Assembly (NCBI GenBank): GCA_038231155.1
Contig: JBBRLY010000012.1
Coordinates: 192,645-256,644 of the forward strand
Direction of reading: 5' to 3'
DNA length: 64,000 nucleotides
Origin: Candidatus Saccharimonadales bacterium
Lineage (GTDB): Bacteria > Patescibacteriota > Saccharimonadia > Saccharimonadales > JANWIN01
Under the pieces are notes generated by a model. The model made no database searches. It saw nothing but the letters and a program-made list of their open reading frames with translations, and was not told where the DNA came from. The translations under genes and the position numbers were made by a program. Each line of letters begins with the position of its first letter. The first letter of the stretch is position 1. Shown piece by piece: positions 46,674 through 55,062 of the stretch.

Positions 46674-47534
46674 ATGTCTAAATTAGTAGTTATTGTTGGT
46701 GAAACGGCCAGCGGTAAGTCAGAGTTAGCAATGAAATTAGCTTTAAAGTTTAATGCTGAAATTGTGAGTGCCGATTCCTGGACGGTCTATAATGATTTTA
46801 ATATAGGTACAGCCAAACCGAGTACAAACGATCAGGCAAAAGTAACTCACCATTTACTGAATATCGTTGATCCTCAATCTGGTTTTAATGCAGCAAAATT
46901 TAAAAAGCTAGCTATAGATGCTATTAATGATATTAATAAACGGAGTAAAGTACCTATCTTAACAGGAGGTACGGGGCTTTATATTGATAGCCTAATTTAT
47001 GATTATGGTTTTTTACCACCCAGTAGTCTTGACGATCGTCAAAAACTAAACGCTTTATCTGTGGCAGAGCTTACAAATATCATAATCGAAAAAAACCTGA
47101 GTAACAGAGGCATTGATATGCGCAATAAACGTCGCTTAATTCGTTTAGTTGAAGCTAATGGCCAGCGACCGACTAAATCAAGTCTCAGACCAAACAGCCT
47201 AGTCATCGGTTTAAATCTTCCTTCTGACGGCCTAGAAAGCCGAATTAGGGCAAGGCTATCTAAAATGCTAGTTAGAGGCTTGGAAACCGAAGTGAGAGCT
47301 TTATCAGATCGATATGGCTGGCAGGTTGAACCAATGAAAGGCATTGGCTACCGTGAATGGGAGGATTACTTTATTGGCAGTCAAAGCTTAACCCAAACCT
47401 ATGAGCAAATTGTTAGGTCTACTATGCTGTTGGCTAAAAAACAGCGCACTTGGTTTAAGCGTAACAAAAGTATTCATTGGATCAATAACCCTGATACTGC
47501 AGAATCAATTGTATCTAGCTTTTTGAACAAATAA
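46674..47534 (+). CDS. miaA: tRNA dimethylallyltransferase
   Basis: VVIVGETASGKSELAMKLA P-loop, SADSWTVYNDFNIGTAKPS, 286 aa. Confidence 0.9.
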   Translation: MSKLVVIVGETASGKSELAMKLALKFNAEIVSADSWTVYNDFNIGTAKPSTNDQAKVTHHLLNIVDPQSGFNAAKFKKLAIDAINDINKRSKVPILTGGTGLYIDSLIYDYGFLPPSSLDDRQKLNALSVAELTNIIIEKNLSNRGIDMRNKRRLIRLVEANGQRPTKSSLRPNSLVIGLNLPSDGLESRIRARLSKMLVRGLETEVRALSDRYGWQVEPMKGIGYREWEDYFIGSQSLTQTYEQIVRSTMLLAKKQRTWFKRNKSIHWINNPDTAESIVSSFLNK

Positions 47535-47571
47535 GAAAGCTAGTAGTTCATCTATCTGGTACAATACCAAT

Positions 47572-48192
47572 ATGGTAGACCAGCTTTTTGGGAGCAAAAC
47601 CAGAGTTAAGCTATTGCAGCTATTTTATAGTAACCCTAACCGTTCGTTTTATGTTCGTGAAATTACTCGTAAAATTGACGAGCAGATTAATTCAGTGCGC
47701 CGTGAACTGGCTAATTTACTGAGTATTGGGATCATCTCATCAGATACTAATAATAACCGGTTATATTACGAAGTTAATCAAGAATTTGAATATTATCAAC
47801 CATTGTCGATTATTTTTGGAAATAGTCCAGTTAAAACCGAGACTAAAGATAAGAAAGCTAAACCAACAAAAGAGGATAATCAGACTCAAGAAGTTCAAGC
47901 TATTGGTAATGTCGAATTGGCGCTGCTTACTGGTCAGTTTACTCGGGATGAAAGCAGTGGTGTAGATTTATTTATTGTTGGTGATGTCAATCAATCTAAA
48001 CTAGCTAAATATATAGAAGAACTCGAAGCTAAGGAAAATAAAGAAGTTCGCTACACGGCAATGCCTAAAAATGAATTTGATTACCGTAAACAGGTTAATG
48101 ATAAGTTTTTATCAAACGTTATGACTTCCAAAAAACAAGTACTAGTTGATAAACATGAGCTACTAATAACAACTTTTAGTGAGGTTAAATAG
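47572..48192 (+). CDS. winged-helix DNA-binding protein
   Basis: N-terminal wHTH (KTRVKLLQLFYSNPNRSFYVREITRKIDEQINSVRRELANL). Confidence 0.55.
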   Translation: MVDQLFGSKTRVKLLQLFYSNPNRSFYVREITRKIDEQINSVRRELANLLSIGIISSDTNNNRLYYEVNQEFEYYQPLSIIFGNSPVKTETKDKKAKPTKEDNQTQEVQAIGNVELALLTGQFTRDESSGVDLFIVGDVNQSKLAKYIEELEAKENKEVRYTAMPKNEFDYRKQVNDKFLSNVMTSKKQVLVDKHELLITTFSEVK

Positions 48193-48822
48193 GTGGAAAT
48201 TGAATACTATGGTGCTAATTGTTTCAAAATTGTTCATAAAAAAGCTAATCTGATAATTGATGATAATTTGGCTGATTTAGGCGGTAAATCTATTACTAAA
48301 GATGGTGATATAGCAGTATTTACTGCTGAACATGGCTTACCTAAAGCTCAAGTCAAACTGCTAATCGATCAACCCGGCGAATATGAAGTTTCAAATATCT
48401 CTGTAATTGGGACTGGAGCCAGGTCACTGACAGAAGAAGAAGACCAAAAGTCAGCTACTATATATAAAATTGTTGCTGATGACATTAAAGTAGCAGTCCT
48501 AGGTCATATCTATCCTGAACTGACGGACACTCAACTAGAAACGTTGGGAACTATCGATATTTTACTGATTCCAGTAGGCGGAAATGGCTATACCATGGAT
48601 GCAGTGGGAGCTTTGAAAGTTATAAAAAAAATAGAACCCAAACTTGTCGTTCCATCGCATCATGCAGATAAACAACTTAAGTACCCAGTACCTCAACAAG
48701 AATTAAATGAGGCTATCAAAGGACTATCAATGGAGCCAAAGGAACGGATCAGTAAATTAAAACTAAAAGCTAATGAGTTAATGACCGATGGTACTCAACT
48801 TGTAATACTTGAGAAACAGTGA
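48193..48822 (+). CDS. MBL-fold metallo-hydrolase-like protein
   Basis: GTG start; IEYYGANCFKI and VPSHHAD segments typical of small MBL-fold proteins. Confidence 0.55.
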   Translation: MEIEYYGANCFKIVHKKANLIIDDNLADLGGKSITKDGDIAVFTAEHGLPKAQVKLLIDQPGEYEVSNISVIGTGARSLTEEEDQKSATIYKIVADDIKVAVLGHIYPELTDTQLETLGTIDILLIPVGGNGYTMDAVGALKVIKKIEPKLVVPSHHADKQLKYPVPQQELNEAIKGLSMEPKERISKLKLKANELMTDGTQLVILEKQ

Positions 48823-48823
48823 A

Positions 48824-49015
48824 TTACTTAATAACACCTTGTTTTTTAAGAGTCCGAATTGCTTGAGTACTGACTTTTAAGGTTACTTTTTTACCGTCAA
48901 TAACTAGAGTTTTAGTCTGGAGGTTTGGTTTCCAAACTCGCTTAGTATGGCGTTGGGAAAAACTTACGTTGTTGCCGAACTGCTTGCCCTTACCGGTAAT
49001 ATCGCACTTTTGCAT
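48824..49015 (-). CDS. rpmB: 50S ribosomal protein L28
   Basis: MQKCDITGKGKQFGNNVSFSQRHTKRVWKPNLQ is the L28 signature. Confidence 0.93.
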   Translation of the reverse strand: MQKCDITGKGKQFGNNVSFSQRHTKRVWKPNLQTKTLVIDGKKVTLKVSTQAIRTLKKQGVIK

Positions 49016-49174
49016 AGACTGTTAGTCTATCGTCTATCTCTGTTAAAGTCAATGCATTCTTTGAAGTAGCTTAGTCTCGCGCTAAGTGATTTTAGATGAA
49101 TGCAAAATATCAATTCACTAAGAATCAATCTGGTTAGTGCCAACTAACAGCTTGAGCTTGCTATACTTATTGAG

Positions 49175-49822
49175 ATGGTGTCTGTAGATATAAGTTCAAT
49201 AAACTTGGTGGTTTTTCTATTAAGTTTGCTTCTTTCGGTTGGCTTTCATGAAGCCATGCACGGCTTTGCCGCCTACTGGCTAGGCGATAGTACGGCTAAA
49301 GACTTAGGTCGACTAACCCTAAACCCAATTAAACATCTAGATATCTATACGTCCATTTTATTACCAGTAATATTAGTTTTATTCCATTTACCACCGTTCT
49401 TTATCGCCAAGCCTGTGCCATTTAACCCTACCAGAGTAAAATACGATGAATTTGGAGCGGCATTAATTGGATTAGCTGGTCCGCTAACAAATCTGTTATT
49501 AGCGACTATAGCCAGTTTATTACTACACGCCTTTGCCAATCAGTTAGGTCAAAACATTATTAATGGTTTTGGTATTTTTATATGGCTAAATGTAGCTTTG
49601 TTCGTATTTAATTTAATTCCGTTCCCGCCACTAGATGGCTCACGGGTATTATATGCTTTTGCACCAGAGCCATTGCAAAAGGTAATGTACACCATAGAAT
49701 CCGGTGGAATATTTATCATAATTGCCTTTATATTTTTACTGGTTCCAATACTCGGACCACTTATAATACATATTGACGGGTCTATTTTAAGGCTTTTGGG
49801 CATTAGGGCAATAGGTTTATAA
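49175..49822 (+). CDS. site-2 protease family (M50) membrane metalloprotease
   Basis: HEAMHGFAA zinc motif (HExxH), multiple TMs, NLIPFPPLDGSRVL second motif; TATACT ends 7 nt before the ATG. Confidence 0.8.
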   Translation: MVSVDISSINLVVFLLSLLLSVGFHEAMHGFAAYWLGDSTAKDLGRLTLNPIKHLDIYTSILLPVILVLFHLPPFFIAKPVPFNPTRVKYDEFGAALIGLAGPLTNLLLATIASLLLHAFANQLGQNIINGFGIFIWLNVALFVFNLIPFPPLDGSRVLYAFAPEPLQKVMYTIESGGIFIIIAFIFLLVPILGPLIIHIDGSILRLLGIRAIGL

Positions 49823-49963
49823 TAAGACTTGGCTGGAAGCCAATTAATGATAATCTGAATACTTATCATTAGGGAGCTCAAGATTTGTATCGGCCGTGGC
49901 TGATACGTGAGAGCACCACCCTGGCTTACAAATTCCAGGTTGTCACTTTGGATCCAGCTAAAA

Positions 49964-49991
49964 ACACCCAGCACTAGCAGGGTGTTTTTTT
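49964..49991 (+). terminator. rho-independent terminator
   Basis: ACACCC/GGGTGT stem followed by a T7 run; A-run on the 5' side, so possibly bidirectional. Confidence 0.6.
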
Positions 49992-49998
49992 ATCTAAT

Positions 49999-50074
49999 TG
50001 GTCGGGGTGATCCGACTTGAACGGACGACCTCAGCGTCCCGAACGCTGCGCGCTACCAACTGCGCCACACCCCG
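49999..50074 (-). tRNA. tRNA-Pro (anticodon CGG)
   Basis: Acceptor CGGGGTG/CACCCCG, anticodon stem CAGCG/CGCTG, loop TTCGGGA, T-loop TTCAAGT, CCA. Confidence 0.88.
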
Positions 50075-50276
50075 ATAACTAAAAACAATAGTCGCAACGA
50101 AGTTAAACTTCTTAAACAACCGCTAATCAGTATAGCCGAGTGGTTTATTGATAATCCAGCACCCTTTTGGCAGCAGCAATTCCATGAAATAGCAAATAGA
50201 CCTATTAACACTCAGATAGCTATTAAATGTGCCTAATGTGAAGCTTTTCGAACGGACTAATATTTATAAAATTAGC

Positions 50277-50684
50277 TTACAGATTTGAACTTGTATTTTC
50301 TCTCCCAAAGCTTTCCCTAATTGCCGTTACTTCATCAAAAAACTGGTCGCTAAAAGCACCTTTAGCAAACAAATCAGCTTGCACCCGGAAAACCTTGTAC
50401 ACTATGCCAGAGTAACCAGTAAATTCTCGAGGTAAAGGTTTACCAGTAAAACTATCTACTCCCTTTATACAGTCATAGACTAGTACCTCAGCAGCCATCA
50501 CAAATCCAGCGGGTACAACTCTATCATCAATACGCTCAGCTAGTTTTCTACCAAAGGCAACGGGAGAATCCATAACTTGACGACTCTGTTCGTCTAAACC
50601 AGCAAACCATTCATCAATGTAAGCCCTTAATTGTTCACTAGTTCCAGTTAGTTCTTCTTGACCACCAGCAAATTCACCTGACAT
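50277..50684 (-). CDS. hypothetical protein between the two tRNA-Pro genes
   Basis: 135 aa ORF; no recognisable motif. Confidence 0.45.
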   Translation of the reverse strand: MSGEFAGGQEELTGTSEQLRAYIDEWFAGLDEQSRQVMDSPVAFGRKLAERIDDRVVPAGFVMAAEVLVYDCIKGVDSFTGKPLPREFTGYSGIVYKVFRVQADLFAKGAFSDQFFDEVTAIRESFGRENTSSNL

Positions 50685-50759
50685 TTATAGACTCTTCTCC
50701 ATAATTTATTGATACATTAGCACCATTAGTGATATATGTCAAATTGTTGAATAATCCAA

Positions 50760-50835
50760 TGGTCGGGGTGACAGGACTTGAACCTGCGACCTCACGGCCC
50801 CCAGCCGTACGCGCTACCAACTGCGCCACACCCCG
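50760..50835 (-). tRNA. tRNA-Pro (anticodon GGG)
   Basis: Same acceptor and D arm as the CGG isoacceptor; anticodon stem TACGG/CCGTG, loop CTGGGGG, CCA. Confidence 0.88.
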
Positions 50836-50880
50836 ACAGATGCTGTCTTATTTTAGCTTATATCTGTTAAGATATTAAAC

Positions 50881-51114
50881 ATGTGGCAAGAGACAAAAGA
50901 TGGATTATATAAAAAGTTTATATTTGATGATTTTAAGCAGGCCTTTAGTTTTATGCAAAAAGTTGCCAGTCTAGCAGAGCAGCATCAGCACCATCCACGC
51001 TGGACTAATGAGTGGAATACCGTGGAGATTTGGCTAAGCAGTCATGATAAAGGTGGTAAAATAACCGATAAAGATAAAAACTTGGCAACTAAAATCGATG
51101 AATTAATGCAATGA
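50881..51114 (+). CDS. pterin-4a-carbinolamine dehydratase (PCD/DCoH)
   Basis: 77 aa, conserved HHPRW motif (EQHQHHPRWTNEWNTVEI). Confidence 0.85.
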   Translation: MWQETKDGLYKKFIFDDFKQAFSFMQKVASLAEQHQHHPRWTNEWNTVEIWLSSHDKGGKITDKDKNLATKIDELMQ

Positions 51115-51908
51115 AATTAGTTAAAGTAAGCCACAAAATTGCCCAACTAATAAGTAGCGGTCAAAAGAACTCAACTTGGCGTATAAATGACGAAAAGAAT
51201 ATTAGCATCGATGATAAAATTGGCATCGTTGATAAAGTTGACCCAGAGTCCACCAATACCTGGATGATTATTGGCTGGGGAAGAGTGAACCAGGTTTTAC
51301 AAAAACGATTGAGTGATATTAAGCCAGGTGATTTAGGTACGGGCGAAGACTTTAGTAGTCCAGAAAAGATGCTAAAAACCTTTCGAAAATACTATGGACA
51401 AGACATTAATGATAATACAAGCGTAAAAATAATCACTTTTGATTTCATACCTCAAAAACCAAAGCCACTGGACAATATTGAAGATAAAACAACAACAGAT
51501 ATAACAGAGGTAAAGTTGTATACGGATGGCGGTTCACGCGGCAATCCTGGCCCATCAGCCAGCGGCTATGTATTGATGACAATGACAAATGTTGTAGTGT
51601 TTCAGGGTGGTCAATACTTAGGCGTAACAACAAATAATCAAGCTGAGTACAATGCCTTAAAAATAGGGCTGCAAGAAGCTATTAGCCGAGGCTCGCGTTA
51701 CGTTCATGTTTATATGGATAGTCTGCTGGTCGTAAATCAAATGAAGGGAATATATAAAATAAAGAATCCAGATTTAGCACCTGTTTATCATTCGATAAAA
51801 GCTTTATTACGTCATTTTGAAAAAGTAAGTTTTACTCACGTACCACGTGAACTTAATAAACTAGCTGATGGTATGGTAAACGAAATTCTAGACACAAGCG
51901 TTATATAA
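51111..51908 (+). CDS. ASCH-like domain fused to a type 1 RNase H domain
   Basis: N-terminus ISSGQKNSTWRINDEK...DDKIGIVD (ASCH-like). C-terminus LYTDGGSRGNPGPSASGYVL...NNQAEYNALKIGL...DSLLVV...NKLADGM (RNase HI DEDD residues). Confidence 0.8.
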   Translation: MKLVKVSHKIAQLISSGQKNSTWRINDEKNISIDDKIGIVDKVDPESTNTWMIIGWGRVNQVLQKRLSDIKPGDLGTGEDFSSPEKMLKTFRKYYGQDINDNTSVKIITFDFIPQKPKPLDNIEDKTTTDITEVKLYTDGGSRGNPGPSASGYVLMTMTNVVVFQGGQYLGVTTNNQAEYNALKIGLQEAISRGSRYVHVYMDSLLVVNQMKGIYKIKNPDLAPVYHSIKALLRHFEKVSFTHVPRELNKLADGMVNEILDTSVI

Positions 51909-51922
51909 TGATATAGTACCTC

Positions 51923-52260
51923 GGCCAGATTATTGGCTGGTCGCGGTGCCCTAAAGGCATCGAGGAAAGTCCGGGCAGCTTAGGGATAAGACAGTTGCTA
52001 ACGGCAACCAGGGGTAACCCTAGGGAAAGTGCCACAGAAACTATACGGCCCTTCGGGGCAAAGGTGAAAAGAGTGGGGTAAGAGCCCACAGTTCCTGACG
52101 GTGACGTCGGGAAAAGGTAAACCCTGTCTGCTGCAAGGAGATATGCTCAATTATGGTATCCCGCCAGAGCCTATCATAAAAACCGCTTGATCCTGATGGC
52201 AACATCAGGACTAGATAGATGGCTAGCTACGACAAAACCCGGCTTATAGATAATCTGGCT
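51923..52260 (+). ncRNA. rnpB: RNase P RNA (bacterial)
   Basis: Universal P4 strand GAGGAAAGTCCGGGC, AGTGCCACAGAAA, GGTAAACCC, ACAAAACCCGGCTTA, and P1 pairing GCCAGATTAT/ATAATCTGGC. Confidence 0.9.
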
Positions 52261-52263
52261 TTA

Positions 52264-52288
52264 AAAGCCCTAATTTAGGGCTTTTATT
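52264..52288. terminator. hairpin terminator between rnpB and rplT (bidirectional)
   Basis: AAAGCCC/GGGCTTT stem with T-rich tails on both strands. Confidence 0.6.
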
Positions 52289-52338
52289 AATGAAAAGTAT
52301 TTGGCTTTCACTAACCCTAACTTTATTTATAAAAAAAA

Positions 52339-52683
52339 CTATTTTTTGGCGGCCTTGACTATGGCAACGAAGGTTTTCGGCTCACTAACAGCCAGTTCAG
52401 CTAGAATTTTACGGTCTAATGTAATATTAGCCTTTTTAAGCCCAGACATAAATCGGCTGTATGTTGTACCATTCAATCTGGCAGCAGCGTTAATACGAGC
52501 GTTCCAAATTTGTCTAAATGTTCGCTTACGATTCCGCCTATCTCGATATGCGTATTGTAAAGATTTAGTTACGGCTTGTTTACCGCGCTTATAACTAGAT
52601 CGATTACCCCTTGTCATGCCTTTAGTGGCTTTACGGATTTTGTGATGTTTTTTATGCGCAGCTACGCCGCCTTTGATACGCAT
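52339..52683 (-). CDS. rplT: 50S ribosomal protein L20
   Basis: MRIKGGVAAHKKHHKI...YAYRDRRNRKRTFRQIWNARINAAAR. Confidence 0.95.
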   Translation of the reverse strand: MRIKGGVAAHKKHHKIRKATKGMTRGNRSSYKRGKQAVTKSLQYAYRDRRNRKRTFRQIWNARINAAARLNGTTYSRFMSGLKKANITLDRKILAELAVSEPKTFVAIVKAAKK

Positions 52684-52685
52684 AT

Positions 52686-52880
52686 TTACAATCCTAACCT
52701 TCGCTTAATACTTTTAGCACTTGCACCTTCAATAGTCTCCATACCAGCCATAGTCCTTTTGCGTTTAGCAGTCTTTTTTTGTAAAAAATGGCTGCGCATA
52801 GATCTTCGGCGCAATAGTTTGCCGTTTTTAGTAACTTTTACGCGGTCTTTGGTGCCGCTATGCGTTTTTAACTTTGGCAT
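52686..52880 (-). CDS. rpmI: 50S ribosomal protein L35
   Basis: MPKLKTHSGTKDRVKVTKNGK, 64 aa. Confidence 0.95.
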   Translation of the reverse strand: MPKLKTHSGTKDRVKVTKNGKLLRRRSMRSHFLQKKTAKRKRTMAGMETIEGASAKSIKRRLGL

Positions 52881-53394
52881 GCTGATTACTGGTACTCCTT
52901 ATAACAAAATTTAACTGTTTACCAGCTAACTGGGGAGGTTGATCAACCGCTATTTTATCTTCTAATTTAGCGATAACCCTGTCTGCTAACTGAAAACCCA
53001 GATCTCTATGGGCCATTTCTCGACCTCTGTAGACTATGGTGATCTTAACCTTATGACCGATTTCCAAAAAATCCGTAATCTTGCGCAGTTTAACGTCTAG
53101 ATCGTGTTCTCCAATCTTGAGGCCAAAACGCATTTGTTTGACATCTAGATTTTTAGCACCGCGTCGATTTTTTTGTAGTTGTTTGGTACGTTGGTAATTA
53201 AATTTACCCCAGTCTACAATTTTGGCAACCGGTGGGTCGGCACTTGGTGATATCTCTACCAGATCCAAACCTGCCTCTTCGGCTAAACTGAGCGCCTCGG
53301 ATTTTGAAAGAATACCCAATTGGCGGCCATCTTGGCCAATAACTCGCAATTGAGCTGCCCGAATCTGATGATTCAGACGGGTCGGCTTAACGAT
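52858..53394 (-). CDS. infC: translation initiation factor IF-3
   Basis: IRAAQLRVIGQDGRQLGI and both IF3 domains. The conserved N-terminus extends upstream of the TTG at 53349. The proposed non-canonical ATC start at 53394 sits 9 nt after AAGGAG. Confidence 0.88.
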   Translation of the reverse strand: MVKPTRLNHQIRAAQLRVIGQDGRQLGILSKSEALSLAEEAGLDLVEISPSADPPVAKIVDWGKFNYQRTKQLQKNRRGAKNLDVKQMRFGLKIGEHDLDVKLRKITDFLEIGHKVKITIVYRGREMAHRDLGFQLADRVIAKLEDKIAVDQPPQLAGKQLNFVIRSTSNQHAKVKNA

Positions 53395-53764
53395 ACTCTG
53401 GTTCTCCTTACAGTCATTAGGTTTGCAGCTATTCTAGCAGAAGCGTAAACAGGGGTCAACTAGCTTTCATAAAAATATCAATACTTAGTTGATTCAATTG
53501 CCGGCCATTTATTAATTTCTACAAAATATATTGTTTTTTAATAGCTTGTTTTATTGACCATCAATATTAGTTTTGATAATGGTATGAAGAATTATATTTG
53601 ATTACTTTTAGCAATTGAATTTGCAGGCAACTGGTATTGAAACTTTGTTATAAAGTCCAATATTCATACCGCTAAAACGAACATTAATTGGTCTAATGTT
53701 TTTAGTACTAGCAACTAGACATTTTAGGTACAGATTCTATATAAACATAGCCACAGATCGAACT

Positions 53765-53801
53765 AAAAAACAGCCCTTTATTATTGCGGGGGCTGCTTTT
53801 T
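53765..53801. terminator. hairpin with flanking A and T runs (bidirectional terminator-like)
   Basis: AAAAAACAGCCC...GGGCTGCTTTTT. Confidence 0.5.
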
Positions 53802-54995
53802 AGTGAGATTTTGGTGTGTCTTTTGTTTGTTAATTTGGGCTTTGTTTTTCATGGAACAACGGCTTGCGAGAAGCCGTTGTTACAGATGCATTTTTGTTTT
53901 TGAGCACTTTTTTTGTTCAGTGCTAAACTCATCTTATAGGGACAGTTTTAAACTGTCAACACAATTATGGTTAGAATTCTCACAAAGCTGTGTATAACTT
54001 TATGAAAGTGGACAATATCTATGACCTATTTATGTTAATAATGATTCTTTTTGAGCTTAGTAATTTAGATTTTAGATGTCGTTTAGGTAGTTTCTTTTGA
54101 GAACTAGAATAATAGTTTTAAGTGGATCGAAAATATCGGTAGTTAACCTTAAATTATCCAAAGCTTAAACGCAATAGTCAAACTAAGCCCTATTAATTTC
54201 TGACAGACGGCTTTAGTAAAGTCATTGATGGTTTGTTGAGCATAGCTTATTTAGTTATGAGAGAATATCATTCGAAGCATTCGATAACCCTAAGGTTTAC
54301 CAGTCCTATATTAAAAGTGCCCTAAAAACCGTTACTAGGCCTCAATAAGCAGAATTTAGATAAAATAGCTAAGCTTTACTAAGAAAACATCCCAAGTGGT
54401 CATTATTAAGCTTCCATTTGCTATAAAGGGCGATTAATCTAGTTACCTTACTTAAAGCTATCAAATTTCAATAAATTGAATGATATTATGGCATTTCCAG
54501 TAAATAATAGTTCAAGATCTTAAAAAACTAGGGATAATAATTTAATATTTGTTAAAAAGATGTTCATATACGACTATAATTCTAGCTAATTTTAGGTCAT
54601 AAAAAGGTCTTATTGTTTAACGATCTTAACCTAGACTAACGCTTAACTTAGTCAAATAACAGTTCGTATTTTGTTTAGATATTTTTGAATTTTTCATTGT
54701 TTATTTAATAACGTTTTAGTCTTGTATTTAAACTATCACGATAAGAAGAACTAAGAGGTAAGTTGTTATTATAACAATGTATATGCGTTGACATAAGCAC
54801 TATAGTGTAGTAGGGTAGAACTGGTAAGTTCAAACAAAAACTTGCATAAAAAGCGGACTTCTCCACCGCTTCTCGTCGCTCTATCGTTGCCAAAAAAGCA
54901 GCTAGAGCGGTCAGTCAAAGGCTAAGGCGGTAAGCGCTATATAATTTAACCATAATGAGCGGATTTACCGCCCGCCTTCCAAAGCTTTTATATAT

Positions 54996-55023
54996 GCGCC
55001 ATAATGGATGTGGCGCTTTTTTT
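54996..55023 (+). terminator. rho-independent terminator closing a structured leader or sRNA
   Basis: GCGCCA/TGGCGC stem, 9-nt loop, T7 run; 40 nt upstream of ATG 55063. Confidence 0.7.
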
Positions 55024-55062
55024 GTTCAATACCTAAACAACAGTAAACTTAACAGATAGATT

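Noticed and set aside
49823-49963. The 140-nt gap between the M50 protease gene and the terminator could be a small RNA such as SRP RNA
   Set aside because: No SRP helix-8 signature (GGAA tetraloop with AGCA/GGA symmetric loop) or any other recognisable motif is present. It may simply be a long 3' UTR.
51901-52089. 62-aa minus-strand ORF
   Set aside because: It lies inside the RNase P RNA gene.
52301-52914. Plus-strand ORFs 52301..52594 and 52576..52914
   Set aside because: They run antisense to the unmistakable rplT and rpmI genes. These are shadow ORFs.
54705-54893. 62-aa minus-strand ORF in the non-coding region
   Set aside because: It has no SD or promoter context, and it overlaps the hairpins of the candidate plus-strand structured RNA. 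Its composition looks random.
53395-55062. The AT-rich, ORF-free region could be the chromosomal origin (oriC)
   Set aside because: Only two one-mismatch DnaA-box-like 9-mers are seen, there is no cluster, no dnaA or dnaN gene is adjacent, and GC skew cannot be assessed from one window. It is kept as an open question under findings rather than called.
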